The notes under the pieces were generated by a model. It made no database searches, had not been told where the DNA came from, and was given only the letters and a program-made list of their open reading frames with translations. 64,000 nucleotides of DNA from Oscillospiraceae bacterium. GTDB lineage: Bacteria; Bacillota; Clostridia; Oscillospirales; QAMX01. Position 1 is the stretch's first letter, and each line of letters begins with the position of its first letter. The stretch spans positions 5,569 through 69,568 of the forward strand of contig SVKS01000002.1 in assembly GCA_015068345.1 (NCBI GenBank). The letters are read 5' to 3'. This document shows, one piece after another, positions 49,227-58,957 of this stretch. A program made the translations under genes and the position numbers.

Positions 49227-50606
49227 ATGGATCGTGATACCATTTGTGCCATTGCCTCCCCCGAAGGGAGAGGCGCTATTGGCGTAATCCGCATCAGCGG
49301 AAGAGATGCTTTTGCCTGTCTGGATCGGGTTTTTTATGCCAAAAGTGGAAAAAAAGCGGCTGAGCGGGTACCCCGGGATATGGTGATGGGTAAAATCTAT
49401 CATGGGGACCGGTTGGTGGACGAAGGTATGTGCGCCGTGTTTTTTGCTCCTGCTTCCTACACTGGGGAAAACTCCGCGGAGATATACTGTCATGGGGGCC
49501 GGGTGGTAACCCGGGAAATCCTGGCGGCCCTTTTGGAAAGCGGATGTCGGCTGGCCCGGGGAGGGGAATTTACCGAACGAGCATTCTTGAATGGTAAAAT
49601 GGATCTTGCCGCCGCCGAAGCGGTGGAGGAATTGATCGATGCGGCAAACCCGGTTTACGTCAGTACCGCCGCGGCCAATCTATCTGGCAGGTTTGGTCGG
49701 CGCATCAGGGAAATCCGGGATGAACTGATGGACGTGGCGGCCCATTATGCGGCTTGTCTCGACTATGCTGACGAAGGAGTAGAACCCCCTGATCCACAGG
49801 CTGTGGAAGAAAAGATGCTCCGGGCGGAGCGGGAGCTCCAAAAGCTTCGGGCTGGTTGTCTGGATGGAAAAATCGTTCGGGAAGGGGCACCGGTGGCCAT
49901 CGTGGGCCGTACCAACAGCGGCAAATCCACCCTGCTCAATTATATTTTAGGCTATGATCGGGCCATCGTCACCAATATTGCCGGTACCACCCGGGACATT
50001 ATCGAGGAAAGTATTTCTCTCAAAAACGGAACCCTGCGGTTTATTGATACCGCTGGTTTCCGGGAAACCGACGACCCGGTGGAGCGAATCGGCATTGAGC
50101 GAAGCCGGGAAAGTCTGGCCCGGGCAGAAATGGTACTGATGCTGTTTGACGGCAGTACTGCCCCCTCGGAAGAAGACAGAATTTCCGCACAGGCTGTGGA
50201 AAACGAATTGAAAGACCGACCCAATCTGCAGGTATTCAAGGTCATCAATAAGCAGGATAAGGGGCTTTCCTTCGGTTATGAAGCTTTTCTTCCGGAATTG
50301 GACCCTCTCTATATTTCGGCTGAGACCGGAGAGGGTGTAGATACCCTCCTGGAAAGTCTGGAAGAGAGCCTGAAAACCGGGTCGGATGAGGCCGATCTGG
50401 TGACCAATCTGCGCCACAGCGACGTGATTATCCGAGCAAGCGACGTATTAAGCGCCACCGTGGCCGATCAAAGAATGATGATGACCGACGACGTAATTTG
50501 GTCGGGGGTCATCTCGGCCTGCGAGATCCTTGGGGAAATCACAGGGGATGAAGTAAAAGAAGATATGATCCAGCGTATTTTTGCGCAGTTCTGCGTTGGA
50601 AAGTAA
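49227..50606 (+). CDS. mnmE: tRNA modification GTPase MnmE
   Basis: DTICAIASP N-terminus, G1 GRTNSGKST, G3 DTAG, NKQD, C-terminal FCVGK. Confidence 0.95.
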   Translation: MDRDTICAIASPEGRGAIGVIRISGRDAFACLDRVFYAKSGKKAAERVPRDMVMGKIYHGDRLVDEGMCAVFFAPASYTGENSAEIYCHGGRVVTREILAALLESGCRLARGGEFTERAFLNGKMDLAAAEAVEELIDAANPVYVSTAAANLSGRFGRRIREIRDELMDVAAHYAACLDYADEGVEPPDPQAVEEKMLRAERELQKLRAGCLDGKIVREGAPVAIVGRTNSGKSTLLNYILGYDRAIVTNIAGTTRDIIEESISLKNGTLRFIDTAGFRETDDPVERIGIERSRESLARAEMVLMLFDGSTAPSEEDRISAQAVENELKDRPNLQVFKVINKQDKGLSFGYEAFLPELDPLYISAETGEGVDTLLESLEESLKTGSDEADLVTNLRHSDVIIRASDVLSATVADQRMMMTDDVIWSGVISACEILGEITGDEVKEDMIQRIFAQFCVGK

Positions 50607-50634
50607 GAGAAACGATAAAAAGAAGGGCAATAGC

Positions 50635-52515
50635 ATGCAGATCACAAGATATCAGGCAGGAACATACGATGTAGCCGTCATTGGCCTGGGTCACGCCGGA
50701 ATTGAGGCGGCTCTGGCCTGTGCACGTATGGGCCTTCGAACCATTGCCTTTACCATCAATTTAGACAGTGTTGGCAATATGCCCTGCAATCCCGCCATTG
50801 GCGGTACCGCCAAGGGACACCTGGTGCGGGAGCTGGATGCCCTGGGTGGCGAAATGGGCAAAGCCGCCGATGACTGCTGCATCGAATACCGCATGCTCAA
50901 CCGGGGCAAGGGCCCTGCGGTGTATTCCCTGCGGGGACAAATCGACCGGGTAAAGTACCGGGAACGCATGAAAGCAACCCTGGAAAAAACCGAAAATTTA
51001 TATATCGTCCAGGCTGAGGTGGTGGAGCTTCTCACCGAAGACCAGAAGGTCACAGGGGTTGTGACCCGCACCGGCGCCACCTACGACGTGAAGGCGGCCA
51101 TCATTTGTACCGGTACCTACCTGGAAGGCAGTGTGATCATTGGAGAGCTTTCCTATGAAAGCGGTCCCGATGGACTTTTCCCCAGTAAGGGCCTTTCAGC
51201 CTCTCTTGCTAAAACGGGACATACTCTCAGGCGTTTCAAAACCGGTACGCCTCCCCGTGTCAACCGTTCCACGGTGGATTTCACCAATCTGGAAATCCAG
51301 ACCGGGGATGAGGATATTGAACCCTTCTCTTTTTCCACCAAGGAAAAGAAGGAAAATTTGGCGGTTTGCCACCTGACCTACACCAATCCTACCACCCATC
51401 AGATCATCCGGGATAATCTCCATCGGTCTCCCCTCTTTTCGGGCAATATCAAGGGAATCGGTCCCCGTTATTGCCCCTCCATTGAGGATAAGGTGGTGCG
51501 TTTTGCCGACAAGGACCGTCACCAGCTTTTTGTGGAACCTATGGGTTTGGATACCGATGAGCTTTACATCCAGGGCTTTTCTTCCTCCATGCCGGAGGAG
51601 GTACAGCTTCAAATGCTCCATTCGGTGGAAGGTATGGAACATGCCCACGTGCAACGCAGTGCCTACGCCATTGAATATGACTGTGTGGACCCCCGGGAGC
51701 TTTATCCCACCCTGGAAAGCAAGCTGATTTCCGGGCTTTACGGTGCCGGCCAGTTTAACGGCAGTTCAGGCTATGAAGAAGCGGCGGTACAGGGCTTTGT
51801 GGCGGGGGTCAACGCCGCAAACAAGCTTCTGGGCCGGGAACCCTTCGTCCTCATGCGGGAGGATGGGTATATCGGCACCCTTATTGACGACCTGACCGAC
51901 AAGGGAACCAATGAACCCTACCGTATGATGACCTCCCGTTCGGAATACCGTCTGATCAACCGACAGGATAATGCCGATCAGCGGCTGATGGGTATTGGCC
52001 ATGATTTGGGCCTGGTTTCGGATGAAACCTACAAGGATATGCTCCGAAAGTACGCTCTGGTGGAGGATGAAATCCTGCGCCTGGAGAAAACCGGAGCCCG
52101 CTTTGATGAAGAATTCTTCAAAGCAGTGGAAGAAAAAACCGGTGGCAACGTCCATAAGGGTGTCAAGCTTGCCGATCTTCTGCGCCGTCCCGGTGTCACC
52201 TACGACGAGCTTGCGGTGGTGGATCCCGATCGACCGACTCTTCCCCGGGACGTGACCCAGGAAGTGGAAATTGCGGTCAAATATGAGGGCTATATCAAGC
52301 GGGAACGGGAAAAGGTGGACAAGGTAAAACGCCTTGCCAAAAGGATCCTGCCCGCCGACCTGGACTATATGTCCATGGCAACCCTGCGGCTGGAAGCCCG
52401 GCAAAAGCTGGCGGCGGCCAAGCCCAACACCATCGGGGAAGCCTCCCGGATTTCGGGGGTCAGCCCGGCGGATATCAGCGTACTGCTCCTGTATACCGAG
52501 CAGGGAAAGGCATAA
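50635..52515 (+). CDS. mnmG: tRNA uridine 5-carboxymethylaminomethyl modification enzyme MnmG
   Basis: ORF 50581..52515. ATG 50635 (MQITRYQAGTYDVAVIGLGHAG, FAD dinucleotide fold). MPCNPAIGG, and GPRYCPSIEDK. Confidence 0.95.
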   Translation: MQITRYQAGTYDVAVIGLGHAGIEAALACARMGLRTIAFTINLDSVGNMPCNPAIGGTAKGHLVRELDALGGEMGKAADDCCIEYRMLNRGKGPAVYSLRGQIDRVKYRERMKATLEKTENLYIVQAEVVELLTEDQKVTGVVTRTGATYDVKAAIICTGTYLEGSVIIGELSYESGPDGLFPSKGLSASLAKTGHTLRRFKTGTPPRVNRSTVDFTNLEIQTGDEDIEPFSFSTKEKKENLAVCHLTYTNPTTHQIIRDNLHRSPLFSGNIKGIGPRYCPSIEDKVVRFADKDRHQLFVEPMGLDTDELYIQGFSSSMPEEVQLQMLHSVEGMEHAHVQRSAYAIEYDCVDPRELYPTLESKLISGLYGAGQFNGSSGYEEAAVQGFVAGVNAANKLLGREPFVLMREDGYIGTLIDDLTDKGTNEPYRMMTSRSEYRLINRQDNADQRLMGIGHDLGLVSDETYKDMLRKYALVEDEILRLEKTGARFDEEFFKAVEEKTGGNVHKGVKLADLLRRPGVTYDELAVVDPDRPTLPRDVTQEVEIAVKYEGYIKREREKVDKVKRLAKRILPADLDYMSMATLRLEARQKLAAAKPNTIGEASRISGVSPADISVLLLYTEQGKA

Positions 52516-52518
52516 GCC

Positions 52519-53223
52519 ATGATCATTGACATTCTCAATCAGGTACTCGCCGAAGCGGGGCTCCATCCCGTGGAGGGGGAAACTGCCGATAAATTCAGAA
52601 AGTTTTCCACACTCCTGTGCGAAAAAAATAAGGTCTTGAACCTGACCGCCATTGAAGAACCCGACTTCATTGCCACCCGGCACTTTGCCGACAGCATCAT
52701 GCTCTTCAAGGAGGACATTCAGGGGGGCAAGCTCATCGACGTGGGTTGCGGCGGCGGTTTCCCGGGAATCCCGGTGAAGCTCTATGCCGATATGCTGGGA
52801 ATTCCCCTGGATTGCACCCTTCTGGACTCCACGGCAAAGAAGATCGCCTTCGTCAACGAGGCGGTGGACGCCCTATCGCTTTCGGGTATCCGGGGTGTTG
52901 CCGGCCGGGCGGAGGAGGAAATCCTCAAGCTGGGTCGGGAAAGCTTCGACATCGGTACCGCCCGGGCGGTTTCGGATATGCGTATTATTTCGGAACTGGT
53001 GCTTCCCTTCCTGAAGGTGGGGGGCGTGTTCTACGCATGGAAAACCGAAAAGGCTATTCCCGAGGTGGAGGAAGCCAAAAAGACGGTGGAGATTCTGGGA
53101 GCCCGGTATGCGGGTCGGGTGGAATATTCCCCCTTCTTCCTGCAAAAGTGCGTGAAAAATGCCCATACTCCCGAAAAATACCCTCGAAAATACGCACAAA
53201 TTGTCAAGAAAAAGCTTGGTTGA
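52519..53223 (+). CDS. rsmG: 16S rRNA (guanine527-N7)-methyltransferase RsmG
   Basis: NLTAI, RHF.DS, SAM motif DVGCGGGFPGIP. mnmE-mnmG-rsmG synteny. Confidence 0.93.
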   Translation: MIIDILNQVLAEAGLHPVEGETADKFRKFSTLLCEKNKVLNLTAIEEPDFIATRHFADSIMLFKEDIQGGKLIDVGCGGGFPGIPVKLYADMLGIPLDCTLLDSTAKKIAFVNEAVDALSLSGIRGVAGRAEEEILKLGRESFDIGTARAVSDMRIISELVLPFLKVGGVFYAWKTEKAIPEVEEAKKTVEILGARYAGRVEYSPFFLQKCVKNAHTPEKYPRKYAQIVKKKLG

Positions 53224-53235
53224 AAATAATTCATA

Positions 53236-53292
53236 AAAAACGGCATTCCTTCGACCGAATCGACTTGGATTCGGCAGGAATGCCGTTTTATC
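53236..53292 (+). terminator. Intrinsic terminator after rsmG
   Basis: AAAACGGCATTCCT / AGGAATGCCGTTTT outer stem enclosing a second short hairpin. Confidence 0.7.
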
Positions 53293-53324
53293 ATATAGGG
53301 GAAGAAGAAAGGGAGTGGTATAAG

Positions 53325-54137
53325 ATGCATGAAAAACAACCAAAAATCCGTCTGATCGCCCAGGAGCGGATCTTTTCCTCCCACCATCAACCCCGGAAGC
53401 TGTTTGATGAAAATGCCCTGGATGAGCTTGCCAAAAGCATTGATGCCATGGGACTTCTCCAGCCCATTACGGTGCGGAAAATTGGCGGCAGATTTGAAAT
53501 TGTCGCCGGGGAGAGGCGCTACCGGGCCTGTCTGAGGGCAGGGCTGGAGGAAATCCCCTGCATAGTAGTGGAAGCCGATCACCGGAGGGCGGAGCTTTTG
53601 GCCCTCACCGAAAATCTCCAGCGACGGGATCTGGATTGCTTTGAGGTGGCGGCGGGACTTGGGCGCATGATCGAGGAATACAGCCTGACCCAGGAGGAAT
53701 GCGCCCGCTACCTGGGAAAAAGTCAGTCGGCCATCGCCAATAAACTGCGGCTTTTGAAGCTGGATAAAAAGATCGTGGCCGAGATTCGCCGCCATGGCCT
53801 CACCGAACGGCACGCCAGGGCCCTTCTCAAGCTTTCCACCGTGGCCGAAATGAAATACGCCATTTCCCGTATGGCCTCCGAGGGTATGAGCGTCAGCCAA
53901 GCCGAAGCCCTGGTGGAAGCCATGGGGGAAGCGATAAAACGGCAGCATGCTACGCCTGCGGAACGCCACCGGGTCTACGTGGTGAAGGATATCCGTCTCT
54001 TTTTCAACAGTGTCACCAAGGCTGTGGATACCATGCGACTTGCCGGGATCCCGGCGGAGGTGGAACGCAGTGAGGAACCGGACAATCTGGTTTTGACGGT
54101 CAGAATTCCCAAAAAGGTCCGGGGGGAGGCCATATAA
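53325..54137 (+). CDS. noc: ParB-family protein, Noc-like (nucleoid occlusion protein)
   Basis: In-frame part of ORF 52746..54137, from ATG 53325. ParB box GERRYRA, HTH QSAIANKLRLLKL, ITERHARAL. The C-terminus KDIRLFFNSV...LVLTVRIPKK parallels recalled B. subtilis Noc (RDTRIAMNTI...IQLTIRIPK). Confidence 0.7.
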   Translation: MHEKQPKIRLIAQERIFSSHHQPRKLFDENALDELAKSIDAMGLLQPITVRKIGGRFEIVAGERRYRACLRAGLEEIPCIVVEADHRRAELLALTENLQRRDLDCFEVAAGLGRMIEEYSLTQEECARYLGKSQSAIANKLRLLKLDKKIVAEIRRHGLTERHARALLKLSTVAEMKYAISRMASEGMSVSQAEALVEAMGEAIKRQHATPAERHRVYVVKDIRLFFNSVTKAVDTMRLAGIPAEVERSEEPDNLVLTVRIPKKVRGEAI

Positions 54138-54162
54138 CGGGAAAAAGCAGATCCGTTACCCA

Positions 54163-54191
54163 TTGACAAAGTGAGCTTTTTTGCATATACT
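54163..54191 (+). promoter_or_regulatory. Putative promoter of lipoprotein gene
   Basis: TTGACA (54163..54168), 17-nt spacer, TATACT (54186..54191). Confidence 0.5.
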
Positions 54192-54235
54192 TTTCAAAAA
54201 CCATCTATTGAGATGATTGCATGGAGGGTGATGGG

Positions 54236-54790
54236 ATGAAAAGGATATGGATAACGAGGCTATGCCGTGGGGGTCACCTACTCCTTCTGGTGTCTTTGTG
54301 GATATTCCTTTTTTCAGGATGCTCTGCCAAGGTGCCTCCAAAGGAATCTCTGGAAAATACCCTTCACATATATTCCCGGGTATCGGACGTGACCATCCCG
54401 GCAGATGTAGGGCTACGTCCAATGGGTAATCATCCCTTCTCAAATTGCTTTGCTGTTTCAAGCCTATATCAACTGCAAAATACCCAGGGAGTAAATTCCC
54501 TGCGTTTTCAAAAGGGTAGCCTTCGGGTGTATGATGATGCATTTTTCGAGGAAAACGATCTTTTGATCCTGATCGTTGATCATCCTGTGTATCCTGTGCA
54601 ATATCAGGTGGATGGAGTCTTGTATAACGAGAACTCCGGGAAATACGATCTGCATATTACACAGGCCTTTTATGGGGAAAGTGAGATAATATCCGAGCTT
54701 GCTCTTGCCATCGAGGTAGAAAAGGGGATGTTCCCCGAAGGGACCGCGCCCTATTTTCCGAAAATCGTTTATACCCCCTACAGAGGATAG
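54236..54790 (+). CDS. Hypothetical lipoprotein
   Basis: ORF 54221..54790. ATG 54236 follows GGAGGG. Signal peptide with lipobox LFSG|C. No family recognised. Confidence 0.6.
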   Translation: MKRIWITRLCRGGHLLLLVSLWIFLFSGCSAKVPPKESLENTLHIYSRVSDVTIPADVGLRPMGNHPFSNCFAVSSLYQLQNTQGVNSLRFQKGSLRVYDDAFFEENDLLILIVDHPVYPVQYQVDGVLYNENSGKYDLHITQAFYGESEIISELALAIEVEKGMFPEGTAPYFPKIVYTPYRG

Positions 54791-54820
54791 TGCCTGCCCC
54801 GGTCTTACACAAATATATAT

Positions 54821-54866
54821 AAAACCGGAGCGTACCACATGGCGTGGTATGCTCCGGATATTTTTA
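54821..54866. terminator. Bidirectional terminator between convergent genes
   Basis: CCGGAGCGTACCAC / GTGGTATGCTCCGG stem, A-rich upstream and ATATTTTT downstream. Confidence 0.75.
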
Positions 54867-54877
54867 CGTTTTGGGGG

Positions 54878-56110
54878 TCAGGGCTTCCAATATTCGCTGA
54901 TGCATTCCCGGGCGATCTGGACGTAACGGCGTCCCCGTTCAAAGTCCCCGAAAATGGTACCGACTTCCCGCTGGGCCATTTCAAACAGGCAACCGCTTGC
55001 CGATTCGCACACCATTTTGAAGTAGGCCCGCAGGGCTTCCTCGTCCATGGGGCCGGGGTTGGTGACGAATTCCGCCCGGGGCTTGCTGTAATAGACCACG
55101 TTGCTTCCCCGCAGATATTCCCCGATCTGGGGCTCGTTGTTGAAGGGAGATACCGAAAGCTTGCGAAGGTTTTTCCATTTGGAAAGGTAGCCTTCCCACA
55201 GGGCGTCCACCCGCTCGCAGCACCCGTAGGAGAGAAGGCCGTAGCGCTTCACCAGCCGGTCCAGATAGGGGTACACGAATTCCCCGTAGGTTTCCACCGA
55301 AACGGCGGTGGTTTCCTGGGATTCCAGGAAGCCCCAGCATTGGGTGGTCTTTTCCACCTGGTCGGTGGGAAGCTCGGAATTGAAGGCAAAGCTTTCCTGG
55401 GCAATGGGGCTGATGCCGCAGGTGGGCAGAAGCAGTCCTTCCCTTTCCAGGAAGTCGTAGTATTCCTCGTAGACCCGGGTGGCCATATCCATGACCTCGT
55501 GGAGCTCATCCGGGTAGTCGTACATGGCAAAATAGTAGTTTTCCATGCCCATCAGCCCCACCAGGGGGTTGGTGATGGCGCCGGTCAGGCTGGGCATGAC
55601 CATCCGGGTGGGCAAAATATCCCCGATCATTTCGTCGGCAAAGGCCCGGCGGCGCAGGGTCTTTTCCCGGTCGATACCAAAGCTGCCGCCGCGCAGTTTG
55701 TCGATCTCGCTTCCCAGGTCCTCCACCACCGGGTCGATGTGGAAACCGATGGAATCCTTGGCGTGGGTGACCTTGTTTTTGATGCCAAAGGGGGAGGCCC
55801 AACTGTCCCAGGTCAGGTCAAAGGTGGGGGAAATCGGGGTATCGTCATCGAAAAGCTCCCGTCCCACCAGGGTGGAAAGGAGGGTGTACTCGATTTCCCG
55901 GGCTTCCTCGCCCTCGCACTCCATGCGGGGGGAGATAACTTCATTGATAAAATTGGAAAAAAGCAGGCGCACTGTGGGGGCTTCCCGGCGGCCTTGGGCC
56001 AGGGCTTCCCATTGCTTCATGATCTCGGCGTTACGGGGAGAGGCGGCGTATTCCAGTTGTTTTGCGGCAAGACGACGCAAAATCTCCCGGTCTTTGGCGT
56101 ATGACGACAT
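54878..56110 (-). CDS. Hypothetical cytoplasmic protein (possibly URO-D/methyltransferase-like barrel; very tentative)
   Basis: ORF 54878..56431. ATG 56110 (MSSYAKDREIL..) lies 8 nt after AAAGGA. 410 aa, with no signal peptide or TM segment. Function is not recognisable from motifs. Confidence 0.45.
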   Translation of the reverse strand: MSSYAKDREILRRLAAKQLEYAASPRNAEIMKQWEALAQGRREAPTVRLLFSNFINEVISPRMECEGEEAREIEYTLLSTLVGRELFDDDTPISPTFDLTWDSWASPFGIKNKVTHAKDSIGFHIDPVVEDLGSEIDKLRGGSFGIDREKTLRRRAFADEMIGDILPTRMVMPSLTGAITNPLVGLMGMENYYFAMYDYPDELHEVMDMATRVYEEYYDFLEREGLLLPTCGISPIAQESFAFNSELPTDQVEKTTQCWGFLESQETTAVSVETYGEFVYPYLDRLVKRYGLLSYGCCERVDALWEGYLSKWKNLRKLSVSPFNNEPQIGEYLRGSNVVYYSKPRAEFVTNPGPMDEEALRAYFKMVCESASGCLFEMAQREVGTIFGDFERGRRYVQIARECISEYWKP

Positions 56111-56192
56111 AGTCTTCATCCTTTCCTGTTCCAAACGTCGATGGGACGTTGAAATATTGGTATTTTGGGTAGATAAAGAGTTTGATAAGTTA

Positions 56193-56221
56193 ATAGTATC
56201 ATGGCATGTGCCCTCTGTCAA
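56193..56221 (-). promoter_or_regulatory. Putative promoter of 54878..56110 gene
   Basis: Minus strand TTGACA (56221..56216), 17-nt spacer, TACTAT (56198..56193). Confidence 0.5.
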
Positions 56222-56293
56222 GGGGACTTTCTCTGAAATGGAAAGGAGCGAAGAGAAAAGACGGAAAAACGGGGGGTAATTGAGAAAAAACGG

Positions 56294-56322
56294 TTGACAA
56301 TTCTTCCCAAAAGTGGTACACT
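56294..56322 (+). promoter_or_regulatory. Putative promoter of ABC transporter operon
   Basis: TTGACA (56294..56299), 17-nt spacer, TACACT (56317..56322). Confidence 0.5.
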
Positions 56323-56387
56323 TTTGACCCTTGCCCTCATTTTTCGGGGGCGGGAGATCACAAACAACAAAAAGGAGGGAAGAACGC

Positions 56388-57362
56388 ATGATTGAACTCA
56401 AAGGCATTTCCAAAACTTTCAGGGTGGCCAAACGGAATTCCGGTATGACCGAGGCGGTAAAGGCACTGTTTCACCGGGAGTACACCCTGGTCCAGGCGTT
56501 GAAGGAGGTCTCCTTCAAGATCGACGAGGGGGAAATGGTGGGCTACATCGGGCCAAACGGGGCCGGCAAAAGCAGCACCGTGAAGGTGATGAGCGGGGTA
56601 CTGACTCCCGATTCGGGAAGCTGTATCATTGATGGCCGTACCCCCTGGAAGGAGCGGACGGCACACGTCCAAAACATCGGCGTGGTATTTGGCCAGCGGT
56701 CCCAGCTGTGGTGGGACGTGCCGGTGATCGACAGCTTTGACCTCATCCGGGATATCTACCGGGTGAATGGGCCAAGCTATCAGGCAACCCTGAAACGGCT
56801 CCTGGAGGAGCTGGACATCGGGGAAATTGTCAAAACTCCCGCCCGGCAGTTGTCACTGGGTCAGCGGATGCGTTGTGAAATTGCGGCTTCCCTGCTCCAT
56901 GATCCCAAAATCCTCTTTCTGGACGAGCCCACCATTGGACTGGATGCGGTGTCCAAAATCGCAGTACGTAATTTTATCAAAACCCTCAACAAAGAGAGGG
57001 GCACCACGGTGATCCTCACCACCCACGATATGTCGGATATTGAAGCCCTGACCGAGCGGATTCTGCTGATTGGCAAGGGGCAGATCCTGCTGGATGGGTC
57101 TCTGACCGAATTGAAAAACCGCCATTCCAAGCTCCGCCGCCTGACGGTGGACTATGCCGGGGAGTCTCTGCCCTCCATCCCGGGGGTAACCGTGGAGAAA
57201 AACCTTTCAGGTCACGCCACCCTGCAGGTGGATACGGGCATTCTTTCGGTGTCGGAGGTCATATCCAAGCTTTCGGAGGCGGTGGAGGTTACCGATCTCT
57301 CGGTGGAAAGCCAGCGGGTGGAGGATATGGTGGTATCCTTATACAAGGAGTTTGCCATATGA
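56388..57362 (+). CDS. ABC transporter ATP-binding protein (uncharacterised ABC-2 type system, COG4586-like)
   Basis: ORF 56331..57362. ATG 56388 follows AAAGGAGGG. Walker A GPNGAGKSS, signature LSLGQRMR, Walker B ILFLDEPT, plus a ~90-aa C-terminal extension. Confidence 0.9.
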   Translation: MIELKGISKTFRVAKRNSGMTEAVKALFHREYTLVQALKEVSFKIDEGEMVGYIGPNGAGKSSTVKVMSGVLTPDSGSCIIDGRTPWKERTAHVQNIGVVFGQRSQLWWDVPVIDSFDLIRDIYRVNGPSYQATLKRLLEELDIGEIVKTPARQLSLGQRMRCEIAASLLHDPKILFLDEPTIGLDAVSKIAVRNFIKTLNKERGTTVILTTHDMSDIEALTERILLIGKGQILLDGSLTELKNRHSKLRRLTVDYAGESLPSIPGVTVEKNLSGHATLQVDTGILSVSEVISKLSEAVEVTDLSVESQRVEDMVVSLYKEFAI

Positions 57363-58162
57363 GGAAATATCTCTCCTTTTTCCGGATCCGATTCCTTTCG
57401 GGGCTCCAATACCGGGCGGCGGCCTGGGCAGGGGTTGCCACCCAATTTGCCTGGGGCGGGATGAATATCCTCATGTACCGGGCCTTTTACCGGGCCGGGG
57501 CGGAGAATTTCCCCATGGAATTTGATTCTCTTTCCACCTATATCTGGCTCCAGCAGGCTCTTTTGGCCCTGTTTATGGCCTGGTATTTCGATAACGACAT
57601 TTTTGACAGCATTACCTCCGGCTCCATTTCCTACGAGCTTTGCCGGCCCTGTGACCTCTACACCATGTGGTTTGTCAAGAATATGGCGGTGCGGCTTTCC
57701 CGGGTGGTACTGCGGTGTTTTCCCATTTTGGCGGTGGCGGTCCTTCTGCCAAAACCCTACGGTATGACCCTACCCGGGTCGGTGACGGCGGGTCTACTTT
57801 TCCCGCTTTCGCTCATATTGGGCTTTTTGGTGCTGGTGGCCTTTTCCATGCTCATCTATATCTCGGCTTTCTACACCATCTCCCCCATCGGCATCCGGAT
57901 TTTAGCCACCTCGGTGGTGGAATTCTTCGCCGGGGCGGTGATTCCGATTCCCTTCTTCCCCACCTGGCTCCAACCTATCATGAACGCCCTCCCCTTCGCC
58001 TCCATGCAAAATACCCCCTTTCTCATTTACACCGGTCACGTGGGTGGGCAGGAGGCCATGTGGGCCATATTCCTGCAGGCGGTGTGGTTGGTAGTATTGG
58101 TTGGAATCGGCAAAATATGGATCCGCCGCGCCACCCGCCGGGTGGTTTTACAGGGAGGTTGA
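57359..58162 (+). CDS. ABC-2 family transporter permease (first of pair)
   Basis: 267 aa with about 6 TM segments. Start overlaps the ATPase stop (ATGA). Confidence 0.75.
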   Translation: MRKYLSFFRIRFLSGLQYRAAAWAGVATQFAWGGMNILMYRAFYRAGAENFPMEFDSLSTYIWLQQALLALFMAWYFDNDIFDSITSGSISYELCRPCDLYTMWFVKNMAVRLSRVVLRCFPILAVAVLLPKPYGMTLPGSVTAGLLFPLSLILGFLVLVAFSMLIYISAFYTISPIGIRILATSVVEFFAGAVIPIPFFPTWLQPIMNALPFASMQNTPFLIYTGHVGGQEAMWAIFLQAVWLVVLVGIGKIWIRRATRRVVLQGG

Positions 58163-58166
58163 TTCG

Positions 58167-58943
58167 ATGAAGCTTTATTGCAAATATATTGGTATGCTCT
58201 TTCAGTGCCGGATGCAGTATAAGACCTCCTTCTTCATGACCGCTCTGGGGCAGTTTTTGGTTTCCTTTACCACCTTCATCGGCCTGTATTTTATGTTCGA
58301 CCGGTTTGGGGCGGTGGAGGGATACACCCTGGCGGAGGTGATGATCTGCTTCTCGGTGGTTTTGACCGCCTTTTCCCTGGCGGAATGCTTCGTCCGGGGG
58401 TTTGACGTGTTCCCCCGGCTCATTCGTAGCGGAGACCTGGACCGGATCCTGGTTCGTCCCCGGAGCGTGGTGTTCCAGGTTCTCACCTCCAATATCGACT
58501 TTTCCCGGGTGGGAAGGCTCCTGCAGGCCCTTGTTATGCTGATCTATGCCATCCCCCGGTGCGGGGTGGATTGGACCCCCGACAAGATCCTGACCCTGGT
58601 TTTGATGATGCTTGGAGGGGTGTTGCTCTTTGCCGCCCTTTTCGTGCTTTATGCCGGCATCAGTTTTTTCACCATCGAGGGGTTGGAATTCATGAACATC
58701 TTCACCGATGGCAGCCGGGAATTCGGTAAATACCCCCTTTCGGTTTATGGGGAGGGTGTTTTGAAATTCATGACCTACGTGATCCCCTTCGCCCTGGTGC
58801 AGTATTACCCCTTCCTCTACCTGGTGGGAAGGAGTGACCGGGTGTGGTATATGCTTCTGCCCCTGGCGGCGGGACTCTTTCTGATTCCCTGTGCGATCTT
58901 TTTCCGGGTGGGCCTTCGCAAGTACCAATCCACAGGGTCGTAA
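58167..58943 (+). CDS. ABC-2 family transporter permease (second of pair)
   Basis: ORF 58101..58943. ATG 58167 follows AGGGAGG. About 6 TM segments. Confidence 0.75.
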   Translation: MKLYCKYIGMLFQCRMQYKTSFFMTALGQFLVSFTTFIGLYFMFDRFGAVEGYTLAEVMICFSVVLTAFSLAECFVRGFDVFPRLIRSGDLDRILVRPRSVVFQVLTSNIDFSRVGRLLQALVMLIYAIPRCGVDWTPDKILTLVLMMLGGVLLFAALFVLYAGISFFTIEGLEFMNIFTDGSREFGKYPLSVYGEGVLKFMTYVIPFALVQYYPFLYLVGRSDRVWYMLLPLAAGLFLIPCAIFFRVGLRKYQSTGS

Positions 58944-58957
58944 AGTAACAACAAAAA

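Noticed and set aside
52746-53324. The 5' two-fifths of the 463-aa ORF 52746..54137, which would overlap rsmG.
   Set aside because: This part is out-of-frame read-through across rsmG and its terminator, with an Arg/Gly/Pro-rich translation. The ParB/Noc homology starts at ATG 53325, which has its own RBS.
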